A stretch of DNA of 64,000 nucleotides from Amoebidium appalachense (GCA_963693365.1 CAVNZM010000012.1:2666001-2730000); one strand, 5' to 3'; positions 13,784 through 27,235 are shown, counted from the first letter of the stretch. The notes: a model not told the origin generated them from the sequence alone. Made by a program: numbers and translations.

Positions 13784-14778
13784 ATACCAATGTGTGCATA
13801 ATGTACATGTGTGTGCAACCTGTGCATGCCCATACACACTGTCCTCGTGATAAAAGTGCCCCTGCTGGTACATTGATTTCCATTGCTTGAATCTTATCAT
13901 AATTCCCGTTCCCGACTCAATATATGTATCTCTTACCTTCCCAGCCCAACCCATAACACGCACACCCACTGGCCCTCCGCGCCTCCCCCCAACCCCCTCC
14001 CCCTCCAACCCTCCCCCCTCCCCCCCCCCTTCCCCCACCTCTCTGTTCTCGCTCCCCGCTCCCTTTCTTTCAATGCACAAAGACGCACAATCAAACTCCC
14101 ACCCTCTAATATCGTTTCCCATCTTTTACCCCTCCCTCCCCCCTCCCCCCCCCCCCCCCCTCCCCCCAAAGCCTTGCTGAAAAATGAAAAGAAACCACAA
14201 CCTTGACCCCTCCCATCCCTCTACCCTGGTTCCCTCCCATCACCCTTCTTCCCCCTCCCCACTTCCCCCTTCCCCCCGTCCCCACCCCAAATAAACCAAT
14301 ACCCCCATTATCCACCCCCCCCCCCCCCCCCCCCCCCCCGCCTGCCCGCCAGCCCTCTCCCCGCATCCTTCCCTCGCCTCCCTCCCCTCCCCCTTTATCC
14401 CATGTTCACTCTCTTACAGCAATCCATTTTACACACCCACCCGCCACCATACCAATAATCATCACCTACCGCCACATTCTTGAACAGGTCCCCACGTGCA
14501 TCCAGTGGAGGCTCCAGGCGCACACGTATGCACGGCCCACGCCCAGGGAACAGAGGGGCTGCATTGGCCCGGCTCAGGTCGGGGGAGGTGGCGAGGGACC
14601 CGGCTAGTTCGGCCTTGGAGAGGCGGTTTAGGTTCACCTGTAAGGAAGGGAGGGGGGGGGGGGAGGGGGAGGGGAGGGGGGGGGGGGATTGGTAAGAGAG
14701 TAAGGTAGTGCACGATTATGACGGAAAACACAGTGCAGACAAAGCGCCGGGGTGGGCTGGGGTGTTTTTTTTTTTTTT

Positions 14779-14827
<49 letters not shown>

Positions 14828-14985
14828 ATCATGCGCGACAGACAACCTAGTACACAGTCACGACAGAAACCACCGGCCACTGGATTTCTGCAGGGGAAAA
14901 AAAGTTGCACACACACCCAGTATCCCTTAACAGGAAAAGAGTGATGGAAGTGTGGTGGATGGGTGGTGGTGGTGGTGGTGGTTGT

Positions 14986-15032
<47 letters not shown>

Positions 15033-15776
15033 GAACAAGAGACAAGATGATGGTTGAGAATAGCGACAAGAGGTGTAGTAGATGATCTCTGGTGAGACAG
15101 AAAGGGAGGAAAGGCTGTCTTGTCAGAGTCCCAGACGGAGGCAACTTTCTGCTCTCGATGTTAGGAATAAGCCAAAGGAAAGAGTTACAGATGGGAGACA
15201 GGGGGAGGGCTGCTTTTCCAAAATCATACGTTTTACAGTCGAAAGGAAATACAAAGGGTCAAATCAGTTGAAGCTTGAAGGGAAGAAAGCAGCTGGCAGA
15301 GTGGAAAGGATAGAAGCGCGGACGAAGGGGGGGGGGGGGGGGGGGGGAGAGAAGAGGTTCAGGGGGACGCGCGTGGAGACGGAGGAGGATGCGTGTGTGA
15401 GGTGGTGGTGTGTGGTGGGGGGAGAAAAAAGGAAGAGGGAGGGAGAGGCGGGGAGGAGGGGGAGGGAGGGGGGCGGGGGCGGAGGGGGGGGGGAAGGGGG
15501 GAGAAGGAAGGAGGAGGGAGGGAGGAATGTTACATGGGGTGGCCCTACTTTGTTTGACATGGTCATGCTTATGCCTCTCAGACGACTCTTTGGGCTCGCC
15601 TTTGGTGCGAGGATTGGGCCCGGCTGTGCCAAACCCAACAACGATAGATCTGATGCTGACTGCACGTTTTTAATCCCCTTGGGTGCCCCAGGATCGGGTG
15701 TCCCAGGAGCACTGCTGACACCCAGTGAAACATCCTTCTCGATGCTTTCATCGTCTCCTCCTTGCTGATCTGCCAT
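8955..15776 (-). CDS. Ras guanine-nucleotide exchange factor (RA/ubiquitin-like + REM + CDC25 domains), spliced; 3' end uncertain
   Basis: Phase-0 GT-AG exons 15776-15534, 14637-14470, 12352-11198, 10389-10045 and 9362-(8955 stop or an earlier donor). RA-like ITAETTAREAVRAIL..NYSLF; REM-like RLCNFILKWVQTWW..DF; CDC25 motifs VAQQLT, SRWVATEV, LRNYNTLASIVEGL, PYIPAID|GLLQDL, FNFAKL, SMLLEP. Confidence 0.88.
12677..12949 (-). repeat. Structured dispersed repeat, copy A (long subfamily), in a RasGEF intron
   Basis: Reverse complement is near-identical to 60293-60538. Carries a 12-bp internal duplication (AAGTCATCAATT x2) and a short insertion. Confidence 0.9.
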
Positions 15777-16228
15777 GTTGTTGTTTTTTTTAAGGTCTAA
15801 GTATAAATATTAGATGCTTCTTTCGTTAGCTACCCTAGATACTAATAAAGTAGTGCATATAGATAGCTACACAAATTGGCTGAAGGTTGCATACAGCAGC
15901 GTCCCCGACTCACTGTTTCTGTCACCTCAGCTCGGGAGTGGTGAAATTATGTTGTCTGGGCTGAAATTGGAGGTGTCCTCGCACCTACGCACCATATATA
16001 TTGCAGCTTTTTACCAAGAAATAATAGTATTGATTACTACACTTCACATTATCCTACCGTGGCATATATTTCACCGAGCACAGTGCTCCATATCCATATG
16101 CACAAACGTCGGGGTGCGTCCGTTAGTTTGGTCGTTTTGCGTAAATAACATAACTAAAAGTCTGTTCATCGCAAGATCGGTAGACCCAACCCACTGGATC
16201 GGAAGTGCCGCGTAGAACAGGATCATGA

Positions 16229-16281
16229 CCCCCCAACACGGCCATCTAGAAACACCGTCTCTGGATGGCCGTGCCCCCCAA
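16229..16281. mobile_element. DNA-transposon footprint: 17-nt TIR + 3 nt + 17-nt TIR between 8-bp target duplications (P-element-like)
   Basis: CCCCCCAA | CACGGCCATCTAGAAAC ACC GTCTCTGGATGGCCGTG | CCCCCCAA. Confidence 0.75.
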
Positions 16282-16417
16282 CTACTAGTAGCATATATGG
16301 CGGATGTGGTTAGACAATCTCGCTCCTTTTATTCATGATGTTGTGTCGTATAAATATGCAAAGGTGATTATGTCTTGGCGTTGTAATCGGTTTGTGGTGT
16401 CTCCTGCTCGTATCTGT

Positions 16418-16811
16418 GCTGGAAAACGCAGTAGGCCGTCGAATGTGGCTGGGCCTCCGGCAGTGTCCACGCAATAAAAAGTGTGTAAACCCCCTGCTCG
16501 TATGTGTAATATGTGTGGAGGGCGCGTTTACTCGCGGATGCATATCTATCAATAAGTGTGACCTGTTAGTTAATGTGGTAGAACCGGAGGTTATGGGCGG
16601 CTTTATTCTCTTTTCTACTTCTCTCCCCCAGTATACCCGGTATAAAATGACCGTGTTAGATGCTGCACAGTATGATATTGTGATACGATGTCTTAACTTT
16701 CTCTCGGAGCTACAAATGCTAGCTTCTGCTTATCCCCTTTTTATTGCATACAATGTAGATAAGTCACTAGCTGCATTTGATTGGCTGCGCTGGAAAACGC
16801 AGTAGGCCGTC
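16418..16811. repeat. Pair of exact 23-bp direct repeats about 370 bp apart
   Basis: GCTGGAAAACGCAGTAGGCCGTC at 16418-16440 and 16789-16811. Confidence 0.9.
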
Positions 16812-17407
16812 AAGCCTTCCGAAGTTCCGACCCTGACCCATGATGTCATGGCGCAGCAATACAAAGTGCAGAAACCCCCACCCCCCAAACTTCATAAAAA
16901 ATGTCGTCATCTTCCACAACTTTCAAACGCTATTTGTTTCGTATTTACGATATACACTCCTTGTTTTTGGTATTGAGTTATTCTCAAGAAACCTGCTAGT
17001 TTTGAGTAAAAGTAATGAAGTCATTTTTGCAAGCAAAACCTGACCATCATCGACGACGTGCCGTTCAGGCGCGCACTGAGTTTGAGGAGAACTTCCGTCA
17101 TCAAGTTGGAATTTTTTTCTTTTGACTGGATTTATTCGACGGAAAGATTGGAATTTCTTATGTCGACTATTATTGGCTGAAATCCCACCGAAGGAATGCT
17201 TGTGAGAATCAAATCGCCATCTGGCCCGCGACCCCGCGAGGCTCAAGTTCAACTCTCTCTTCTCTACAGACAACAAGGAAGTTTTTCTAAATTGTTTCTT
17301 CGGCCTACATGGCATACAAGAGCATTAAAAATTCAAGTAAACAGCTAATTACCACGTATTATTTACACCGACTAAAACCGTGTGTGCACGCTGTGCACTT
17401 TGATCGA

Positions 17408-17611
17408 TCATCCGCCGTGTTGTGATCTGCATGTTATCAGTGGAAAGTGTGACGCATTTCCGTTGATGATGATCAGCGGCCGGCGTCCTCTGAGGCTCTG
17501 AGCGCTACAAGACTGAAGTAAAACCATTTTCTCCTCCACACTTCCGTTGTCAATATTAGCGCCCATGTTATTAAACAGTAGTTTGTAGTAATGCATACTC
17601 CCATGCACCAA
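17408..17611 (-). pseudogene. Possible degenerate pogo/Tigger (DDE_1) transposase fragment
   Basis: Translation DNGSVEEKMVLL...GRRPLIIINGNASH resembles the pogo NGWM...xxLLILDxxxxH region, but the catalytic D is replaced by N. Motif resemblance only. Confidence 0.3.
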
Positions 17612-17910
17612 GTTGTAGAAGTGGAGTTTTGAAGTGATTGATCAGAACTGGCAACCTCAAACAGAGTTGGGTTTCAAACTTGGAAAACTTGGAAAGGAAG
17701 GAGCAACCTGGACAGTATCATTATAATTGGAAACAAGGTTCATTTCCTAAAAATTGCTACATCAATTATTAGACACCACGGGGAAAGTGCTACGTGGTTA
17801 CGTTGTGAAAACAAAAAGACCACTTCTCTCGATTTCAAGCAGCTTGAGCTTGGCCAAGTTTTAAGCCTTTTGCCTCTCTCTTTTCTTTCCCCTTCTCACG
17901 AGCAAGAACC

Positions 17911-19596
17911 ATGGGTCTATCAATAAAAAACAAAACTTTGCTGCTAGTGCTGCAGTTGGTTTCGTCCCATATGGCCACCGCACTATGGGTGACGGGCTAC
18001 CTTCCGGGGTGGACCCAATACGACATCAACGCTGCCAGCTACAACTTCACAGGAGTCACCCACATCATGCATTTTGCCCTCACCCCTACAACCACCGGAG
18101 GTATCGACACAGACTCTCTAAGTCTTATTCCTGCACACGTTTCCTCGGCTGTTAGTGTGGGGCACGCGGCGGGTGCAAAGGTTTTTGTTACCGTCGGAGG
18201 GGAAGGCACACAGGCGAGTTTTCAAGCGGCTACTTCTCCTGCAAATGTGGCCAAGTTTGTGAATAATTTGGTTGCTTTTGCAGTCAACAACGGATACGAT
18301 GGTCTGGATATTGACTGGGAGCCCATTAGCAGTGGTGATATTTCACAATTTACCAACTTTGTCAACCTTCTTCGTCAGAAAATGTCTGCGACAAACCCAA
18401 ATTTGAAACTTTTCGGGGCATTTGGTAACGACGGTGTCGCGCATACGTTGTTAGGCAACGGTTTGCACCAACAATTCGACCAAATCAACCTCATGACGTA
18501 TGTTTTCTCTGGACCCTGGCCTGGGTGGGTCACGTGGCACGACTCCTGTCTCTACAACGGGGGCAATAAATTTCCTAGCATAGGAGGATATGTACCGTCA
18601 GGAAAGGGCATAGTTGATATGTTCATACAGGCGGGGGTTCCGGCAGCGAAAATTGGGCTGGGAATGGAATTTCAGGGGGCGGTTTGGCAAGGAGGAAGCG
18701 GGGTTCCCCTTACGGGAGGTGTGACCAAACCCCTGCAAACGTGGGTTACCGAACCCACCTTAACCTACAAGGCGTACAAAGACATTATGGCGCAGGACTA
18801 TACCGCTGCAAAATATTTCTACGACACAGCCGCCGAAGGTGCGTATTTGAGTTTCGACAACACGGGCAGCGCAAACGATCGGTTCATCACGTATGAAAAC
18901 GAGCGGCAGGTGACGGCAAAAGTGGATTATGCAAAAAAAAACGGGTTGGGTGGGGTGATGATATGGGAATTGAGTCAGGACAAATCAACTACAATGAATC
19001 AACCCCTACTCAACGCAGTTGTGTGTCGGGCCTTTTCCGTTTGTGGAGGAACCACCCCTCCGACCACCACCGCAACCCCAACCACTACCACAAAACCCAC
19101 CACCACCACACCACTCCCACCACCCCCACCACCGCCAAGTACAGTTTGGATTGTGCGCGATTCGCTTCTTTCACCGTGGATCGTGAGTTCATGGAGTGTT
19201 TCGACATCGTCAGGGATGAGCACAACACAGAAATTCAACGGGACATCGTCTATGAAAATAATAGAAACGGCGGCATGGGCAGCGTTCAGTGTCCATTCGG
19301 GCAAGTGGGAAGCACCTGTTGTTCGCTCTGCGTCGGCGTTTTCCGGTGTTTCTTTTGCGGTTTTTACAACTAGCACGACACTTAGCCTGAATGTTCTTTT
19401 GGAGGACGATGCGGGCTCACAATTTCCGAGCGTTGCGCTTGGGAAGGTGGTTGCTAACAAGTGGAAGGTATATACTGCACCTATGGCTGCTTTGAATCCG
19501 AAGAAGAAACCGTTTACACGTGTGGATATAATGGATATTTCTGGTACGGGTGGCAAGGTGTTTTATGTTGATGAAATGCGATTGGTAGCTGCCTGA
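17911..19596 (+). CDS. Secreted GH18 chitinase with Thr/Pro linker and C-terminal CBM-like beta-sandwich domain, intronless, 561 aa
   Basis: N-terminal signal peptide, THIMHFAL, VTVGG, catalytic GYDGLDIDWE (DxDxE), INLMTY and GLGGVMIWELSQD. Linker [29 protein letters not shown], then an ~150-aa Trp-rich domain. Confidence 0.95.
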   Translation: MGLSIKNKTLLLVLQLVSSHMATALWVTGYLPGWTQYDINAASYNFTGVTHIMHFALTPTTTGGIDTDSLSLIPAHVSSAVSVGHAAGAKVFVTVGGEGTQASFQAATSPANVAKFVNNLVAFAVNNGYDGLDIDWEPISSGDISQFTNFVNLLRQKMSATNPNLKLFGAFGNDGVAHTLLGNGLHQQFDQINLMTYVFSGPWPGWVTWHDSCLYNGGNKFPSIGGYVPSGKGIVDMFIQAGVPAAKIGLGMEFQGAVWQGGSGVPLTGGVTKPLQTWVTEPTLTYKAYKDIMAQDYTAAKYFYDTAAEGAYLSFDNTGSANDRFITYENERQVTAKVDYAKKNGLGGVMIWELSQDKSTTMNQPLLNAVVCRAFSVCGGTTPPTTTATPTTTTKPTTTTPLPPPPPPPSTVWIVRDSLLSPWIVSSWSVSTSSGMSTTQKFNGTSSMKIIETAAWAAFSVHSGKWEAPVVRSASAFSGVSFAVFTTSTTLSLNVLLEDDAGSQFPSVALGKVVANKWKVYTAPMAALNPKKKPFTRVDIMDISGTGGKVFYVDEMRLVAA

Positions 19597-20136
19597 TGTG
19601 GGCTGCTTTTAATTTTCATAAATCCAGGTAGCTGTTACCAAGGGTGTATATAACGAAGAGCTTTGAGAGCCAACCAAAACAAAAAAAATCTTTTGTGTAT
19701 ATAAATTTCAGGCGGACATAGCCTGAAAAATGTATTGTTATTGAACCGATTAGTACACAGCCTTGAATAGTGGTATACTTATACGTTATACATAATTTTT
19801 TGGGCTGCGTCGATATATTAATACGGACACCCAGTATAAGAGCAAACATGTAAATCCGATGATGATATGTACACTAAGTTTTGTGCAGCCAATACTGGCC
19901 ATATCCCGGACCGAGCAAATATGTTGAGCCCTTGGGGATTAAAGTGCATCGTCTCAGTTTGGATTTTTTTATGGTCGTTGGTGTATGTATACGGGCCTGT
20001 TTAAGTTTTCCAGCCCTTAGTGCATTTCAAATTGCAGACCCCCCCCCCCCCCCCCCCCTCCCCGTTGTGTTATTTACACATTCCTTGAATCAGCCCCGTG
20101 GCGCGAAACCTTCCGAATTCATGCACCAAGAACTTT

Positions 20137-20231
<95 letters not shown>

Positions 20232-20327
20232 AACAATAAAAAACAAACAAACGTGTACCGTGCAAACACGCCAATCGAACACATCCACACAAGCGCGTGC
20301 GCGCGTGCACACCCACCGTGCACACGG

Positions 20328-20417
<90 letters not shown>

Positions 20418-22268
20418 GTATGTACATGCGCGCTAGCTATTATATCATGACATTGAATAGATCCACTCAAAAAGAAAAGGGGAAAAAACCCTCATCTAAC
20501 TCCACCATTAACGAACTCTCACTGTGACTTGAAGAAGCTGCACTCACACGCACATGCTATATACCGCACGAATTCGAATATAAAAGCACACACACACGTG
20601 TACACGCAACTGGCAGCTAACATTGTCCCAAGCTTGCGAATGCACATGGCGCAGCAGCATAGTACATCATATGATTATGATAATCCTCAACTACTTCAAC
20701 TGAGTTGACTCGGCGGGCTATAAAATTTCTGCACTTGTGCTGCTAGTGACACTGGACAAGAAAGTCCAGATCTAGCTGCTGTCTACCAACGTATAACCCT
20801 TTGCTCCCCCCCCCCCCCCCCCCCCCCCCCCCGCACGGAGGTGCTCCCGCCCCGTGGTCGCGGTCGTGGGCATGTCCTTGACTTTTTCCCTAACTATTGG
20901 CCCCGCGGGGAGCCTGGGGGGAGGAGTTGGATCGAAAATCTAGCTGATTAGGGATCCCTGGGGGTGAGGGGGGACGGGGGAGGGGGGGGGGGGGGGGGGG
21001 GGAGGTGGGGTCTATGGGCCGGGTTTTGGGAGTGGCCATGGAGGGACTCGGAGAAAGAGAGGGAGGGGGGAGGGGAGGAGGGGGCAGTGAAGAGCCTTTG
21101 TGCGTGTGTGTGTGAGGGGGGGGGCCGGGGGGGGGAGGGGGGAGTGGGGGGAGGAGCATGATTTAGGAAAGAAACGGCCAGTCCGCCGATGGGACCATCT
21201 CAGAATCACTTGCACGTGCACAACCTTGCACGTGTCAACATCACCTTTATGAACCCATCTCTCATCATCACCACACATCATATGGGGTTTGTGAATTTTA
21301 AAAGTGCCTGGCCTGCAGGCAATCTTACTCACTCATTATGCTCTGCCCATTCCTGCTACTACACTTACCAAATAAAATGCGAGCTCGAGGGGAGGTATAG
21401 CTAAATGGTAATGGGGAAATGGAGGGAGAGGGGGGAGAAACATGTTTGATTCACAGAGAAGTAAGAGGATTCACAAGAAGCGACAAGAATTCGTATTTCT
21501 GTGTGTGTGTGTGTGTGTGTGCGTGTGCGGATACAAACCGTAACCATCCCAAACTCGCTTTAACGTTAAATCAATATCTTTCAACTCGTTACTTCCTGCC
21601 GCAACTTATAGCATGGGCAGAGAGGTTTCAGACTTACCTGCCTGCTAACGGTTTGATAAACAGACATACCAGCCCTATTAGTATTAGCACACACAAAACG
21701 AACGACAATACAAACAAACAAAAACAAAACACGGATTCGAGAAGAAAAAAAGTTGTGGGGCACAGCTGAGCCTGGAAACTGTGGTCTATCCTCCACATAG
21801 CGCTAACACTAACTAAATATTAGATTCTTTCGTAAACTTGCCGCAACGAGCATCAACTTTCGATTCAAATCATCAGGGAATAACGTGGAAAAAAAGAAAA
21901 CACTCCTGCATCCAACGTTAACCTTTCTTCCCTCTTGCACCGCACGGTAGCAACATTGGTACTATCTGTAGCATAAACATACATACTCGCACATCAAAAA
22001 AGAACAAAACACATCTGCTATCACCAGTACCACACGGACAGGAGGGGGGGAGAACGGAGGGAAAGGGAGTGGGCAAGGGTCCAAAACGATTGCAAGAGTC
22101 GAGAGAAAACAGGTTGTGTGATTGATACGTTCTATGAGTGATCGGAAGTAAGTGACTGCTTGATTGTGTAGGGTTGTGTAAATGAGAGTATGTGTAGCAG
22201 ACAGGGGTGAAACTGGGGTAAAACTGGGATGAAACGGGGAAAACCGGGAGTACTTTTCGTTTTGGGCG

Positions 22269-22475
22269 CTACACTCTCTGTGCGCCCAAGAAGTCGAGAA
22301 GCACAAAGCCCACAGCCAACAGGCCTGTTCCAAGCAGGTCACCCACGGCAGTGACGTAGGGAATGACGATGTTGTCCGGGTCCCTGCAACAGGGAAGAGG
22401 GTCAGCATGGGGTGGACGTGCTTATGGACTATCAGATGTGCAAGTACGAATAGAGCAATGTGGTCTACCATTGCA

Positions 22476-22514
<39 letters not shown>

Positions 22515-22643
22515 ACCACCATCATCTACGCCCACACACACACACACACACACACACCCAATGACTTCTTTTCAACCCATCTGCCGCCAACAACAGCAAC
22601 AGGGAACAACAGCAAAAACAACAACAACAACAACAACAACGGG

Positions 22644-22676
<33 letters not shown>

Positions 22677-22823
22677 TCACAAATAAACGATATGGTTACT
22701 GGTGGACGACACAACGTGCAGTGGGTAGAGGCAAGTAAGTCCGGGCGTCTACCAAGCTCCCCAGCTCTCCAACCTTTTCAGAGAGTGCAGAGAGTGGGTT
22801 TAAAAGGGGGTAGGGCGGGGCGG

Positions 22824-22857
<34 letters not shown>

Positions 22858-23207
22858 AGGAGGGAGGGAGGGAGGGCAGAGGAGGAAGGGGGGGGGGGGG
22901 GGGGGGGGGGGGGGGTTGCATACTTTCCCTTGGACCAGACGTAGAAGACAAGTAGGTGGGCAAAGATCAACAGGGCGAGAATCTGCAGTCATACGGTCAG
23001 ATACATGCATGAAGAGAGCACGAGAAACACCACACACACACACGCACACGCCGAAACACACACACACACACACACCTGACACAAGTGCACATGTACACAT
23101 GTACAGGCAAGGCACAGGTGCAGGCACACACAAAAGGAACAGGCACAAGGACACACACGCATACAAGCACGAACGAACGCACACGCGCACCCACGTAGAC
23201 CCAGGCG

Positions 23208-23250
<43 letters not shown>

Positions 23251-23701
23251 CTGGAAACGTATGAAGCCCAGGCAGCATCCAAAATAAAAAAGCTAAGGAG
23301 AAAAAAAAGGTAACTAAGGGGCCAGCCTTGGCAGGGTCATAGGCCTGTAGAGAAAGCACCAGCTAACCAACCATACAAGAAATTTAATGATGTAATATAG
23401 GGATGCACCCACCTGGATAACGGCAACACCCATATACACCGCCACAAACACCAGCGTCAGCGTGCCGATCGTCCCATGAACAACCTCGATCGCTGTCAAA
23501 AAAATGCAATGCAAAACCGTGCCCATAATCCAGAAAGCAGCCGCCGACTGCCTATGCTGTTTGCTAACGGCCCTTAGTGATTCGGTGGACTCTGCCATCT
23601 TGAGATGGAGGGTGGTGGACACACGGGAGCAGTGCACGGCTGCAATGTTTCCTCCGACACCTGTGGGTGGGTGGGTGGGGATGGGGGGAGGGGGGAGGGG
23701 A

Positions 23702-23787
<86 letters not shown>

Positions 23788-24315
23788 GCCCGCGTGTGTG
23801 TGTGTGCCTTTGATTAGTTTGTTGTATGTGTGATTGTATGTGTCTGTGCTGGTTGCACAATGTGTGTGTGTGAGCGTGTGAGTGTGTGTGCTTGTAGGGG
23901 TTGTGCGTGCAGGGGTTGTGTGTCGGCGTGAGCGTGCCTGGGCCTGTGCCCGTGCTTGCACATGTGCGTGCATGCGTTTATTATCATGTGTGTGTGATCA
24001 AGTGACCATGCACACCAACACCGCTATTCCTCTGTGCAACAACACCCACAAATGCCCATCCCCATGCACACAGCCCCCCCCCCCCCCACCCCCAACCCAT
24101 GCATACACATGCACGTGCACACCATCCAACCACACAGTTGCAATACACGTACCGTTCAGCACGGGGTCGTATATTGCCAGATTAGGGAACTGGTCCGCAA
24201 ACCTCTGCAGAATCATTCCCCCGGCACTGCATAGGCCCCCTTGTTAGTTACTGTCCGTGCCCCCCCCCCCCCCCCCCCCCCCTTCCCCCCTGATTATCTC
24301 TAGTCTTGTGAACCG

Positions 24316-24346
<31 letters not shown>

Positions 24347-24799
24347 GCCCCGCCCCCCCACTATTCCTGTTTGCCCACCACAAACACACCTCCCGACTTG
24401 CATTCACTTCGTTGTAACAAAGCAGAAAATGAGATTGCACCGAGACCGGCAAGAAACAAAGTTGACAATGTCGTCGGCTGTGTAATGGAGAGTGAACACA
24501 CACCTTGATATGAGCATCGCCGTGATAATCGGAGTCCACCCATCCCTCAATACAGGGGTGGTTGTTGGGTGACTACGTGCCAGCCACAACCACATGGGCA
24601 GGGTGCAGAGCAGCAAAACAGAAACCAACGGCGCTACCCATGGACTGGTTTCAATGTGCGCATGCACACTGCTGCTTGTAAGCGCTAGAAAGGTTAAGGT
24701 TACGAGGTCACCTGCGGGAGGAGGGAAAAGTGTGTTAGCGGGTTTGTTTGTGTGTGTGATTGTGTACGTGTGTGGTTGTGTACGTGTGTACGTGTGTAT

Positions 24800-24836
<37 letters not shown>

Positions 24837-24842
24837 CGCGCA

Positions 24843-24901
<59 letters not shown>

Positions 24902-25782
24902 ATGGGCGGGTGGCTTGACGAGGGAGTGGGAGGACCCACTACGATGTATAAAATACTATCTCACAATGGATGACATGTGGATAGACAAACAAGAACGAAC
25001 ACGCAAAAAGAGTATCTATCATGAAGTAGAGTCTATAGAGGGGGGCGCAACCCGTACTGAGTGTGTGTGTGTGGTGTGTATGCGTTTGTGTGTGTGTCTG
25101 TTGGCAAGGTGACAAATACATGGCGACGTGGTTCCTAAAACTGCTGCAAGTGCTCCACCGGATCAAACCATAAACACATCCCACCCCAAACCGCCCCCAC
25201 CACTGCAATGTTGGTCAAAGTGACCGCAGGGAGACAAGACCCATACCTAGGGTGGCAGCTATCGGAGTTGAGATGTTGTCTGGATCAACCCCCAACATGG
25301 GTGCTATGAACACAATTGCTGCAGGCAAAAACGATAAGTCAGTCTGTCTGTGGCCCAAAGAAAATGTGCACACCTGAAGTTCTGCCAAATACACACGGAC
25401 ACACACCAGGGCGCGCACACACCCGGACGAATGCACACACACACCCATGCACACATTAAGGAAGAAAGAAAAAAAAATGAACAGGCACATTTGAAGAAAA
25501 CATTCCCCCCCCCCCCCCCCCAAAAAAAAAAAAAAAAAAAAAAAAAGAAAAAGAAAAAGAAAAAGAAAAAGAGAAGAAAAGAAAGGTGCATGTGTGTGTG
25601 TGTGTGTGTGTATGTGTGTTGGAAGGGGGGAGGGGGGAGGGGAGAAAGCCAACTTCCGGCAGAGCTGCACAGTGCAGACCAATCATTCCAATGTGTGCAA
25701 CCTCCACAGTGAAATCTAACACCCTCCGCATCTCCGGGACACACAAGTACACACGCGCACACACACACACACACAGGCACAA

Positions 25783-25850
<68 letters not shown>

Positions 25851-25997
25851 ATCATAATGGAGCTCAGCACACCGCTGGAGCCGCTAGCAGCAGTCAGGGA
25901 GCTAGAGAGCACCACGTTTGCCTCGTGCCATGTGATCTGCTCGTTGCTGACGGCAGACACACCGCACGCATAAAGGGCTGCTAGCGTCCCCACAACC

Positions 25998-26072
<75 letters not shown>

Positions 26073-26360
26073 CGCGCGCATGTGCGTGTGTGGATTTTAA
26101 TGTGCATGCACGGGCACAGGCACGGGTAGGGGTGTGTGTGGGTGTACGTATGTGTGTGTGCGAATGTGAGTGAGAGGGTGTGAGCGTGAGTCCGTGTGGA
26201 TGTGTGTATGTGTGTTAGCAAATGCCATTTTTGTTATCCACAGAGACTTATTTGGACCACAAAAAGTGACTCCTAATGGAATGCAGCATGGAAAACGGGC
26301 GTGACGAACACACGGGACAGACTGGCTCTAGGTGCTAGATCACAGCTGTGCGTCAACCAC

Positions 26361-26437
<77 letters not shown>

Positions 26438-26873
26438 GTGTGTGTATGTGTATGCGCACGCCCGCGAGTGAGTGAGCGAGTGTGTGCGCGTGCGAGCGCC
26501 GTGTGTGCATGTGCGCAGGAAAGACCTATTTTCAGCTTGCAATTAACCAGAGGCAGACATCTTATTGTTGGGTACATCGAAATCCCTATACCCCAGGAGT
26601 CCAGGAGTAAAGGAGTAAAGGGAGGGGGGAGGGGGAGGTATACCGCTTGGACTTGGACCAATGCCAGATTTGCCAATATGAGCCACTTCCGGTTGCCACA
26701 GGAAAAATAACCCAGTGACGCCTGTGCACACCGCAAAATGAGTGAGATTCGCAAGGATATACCGTTGAAAATTTTGACCAACAACAAAAATGGGGAGTGA
26801 CGATGTGTTGACAACGCTCTTCTACAATGTTTAAGCTTCACCACCCCTCCCCCCTCCCCCCTCCCCCCCCGCC

Positions 26874-26940
<67 letters not shown>

Positions 26941-26982
26941 TTTTTAATAATCTATTTTATATGTACATGTATGTATGTATGT

Positions 26983-27047
<65 letters not shown>

Positions 27048-27183
27048 CATATAAAATAGACTAGTAAAAAGAATAATAAGGACATGACGCGTCAATGCCT
27101 GCACAGATGCAACTGTACATACATTTCAACCCCTTCCCCGGGAAGAGTCGGGAAGCACACACAACCACACATGCACACACACA

Positions 27184-27235
<52 letters not shown>

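Noticed and set aside
16237-16289. Helitron 3' end (hairpin + CTAG/T)
   Set aside because: The 8-bp flanking duplication and the second TIR copy at 30906 with its own TSD fit a TIR transposon better. Helitrons make no TSD.
26753-26762. ATATCCTT U12-like 5' site on the minus strand in SLC41
   Set aside because: It lies inside a normal GT-AG intron whose flanking exons already join in frame (RLSTF|ASLG).
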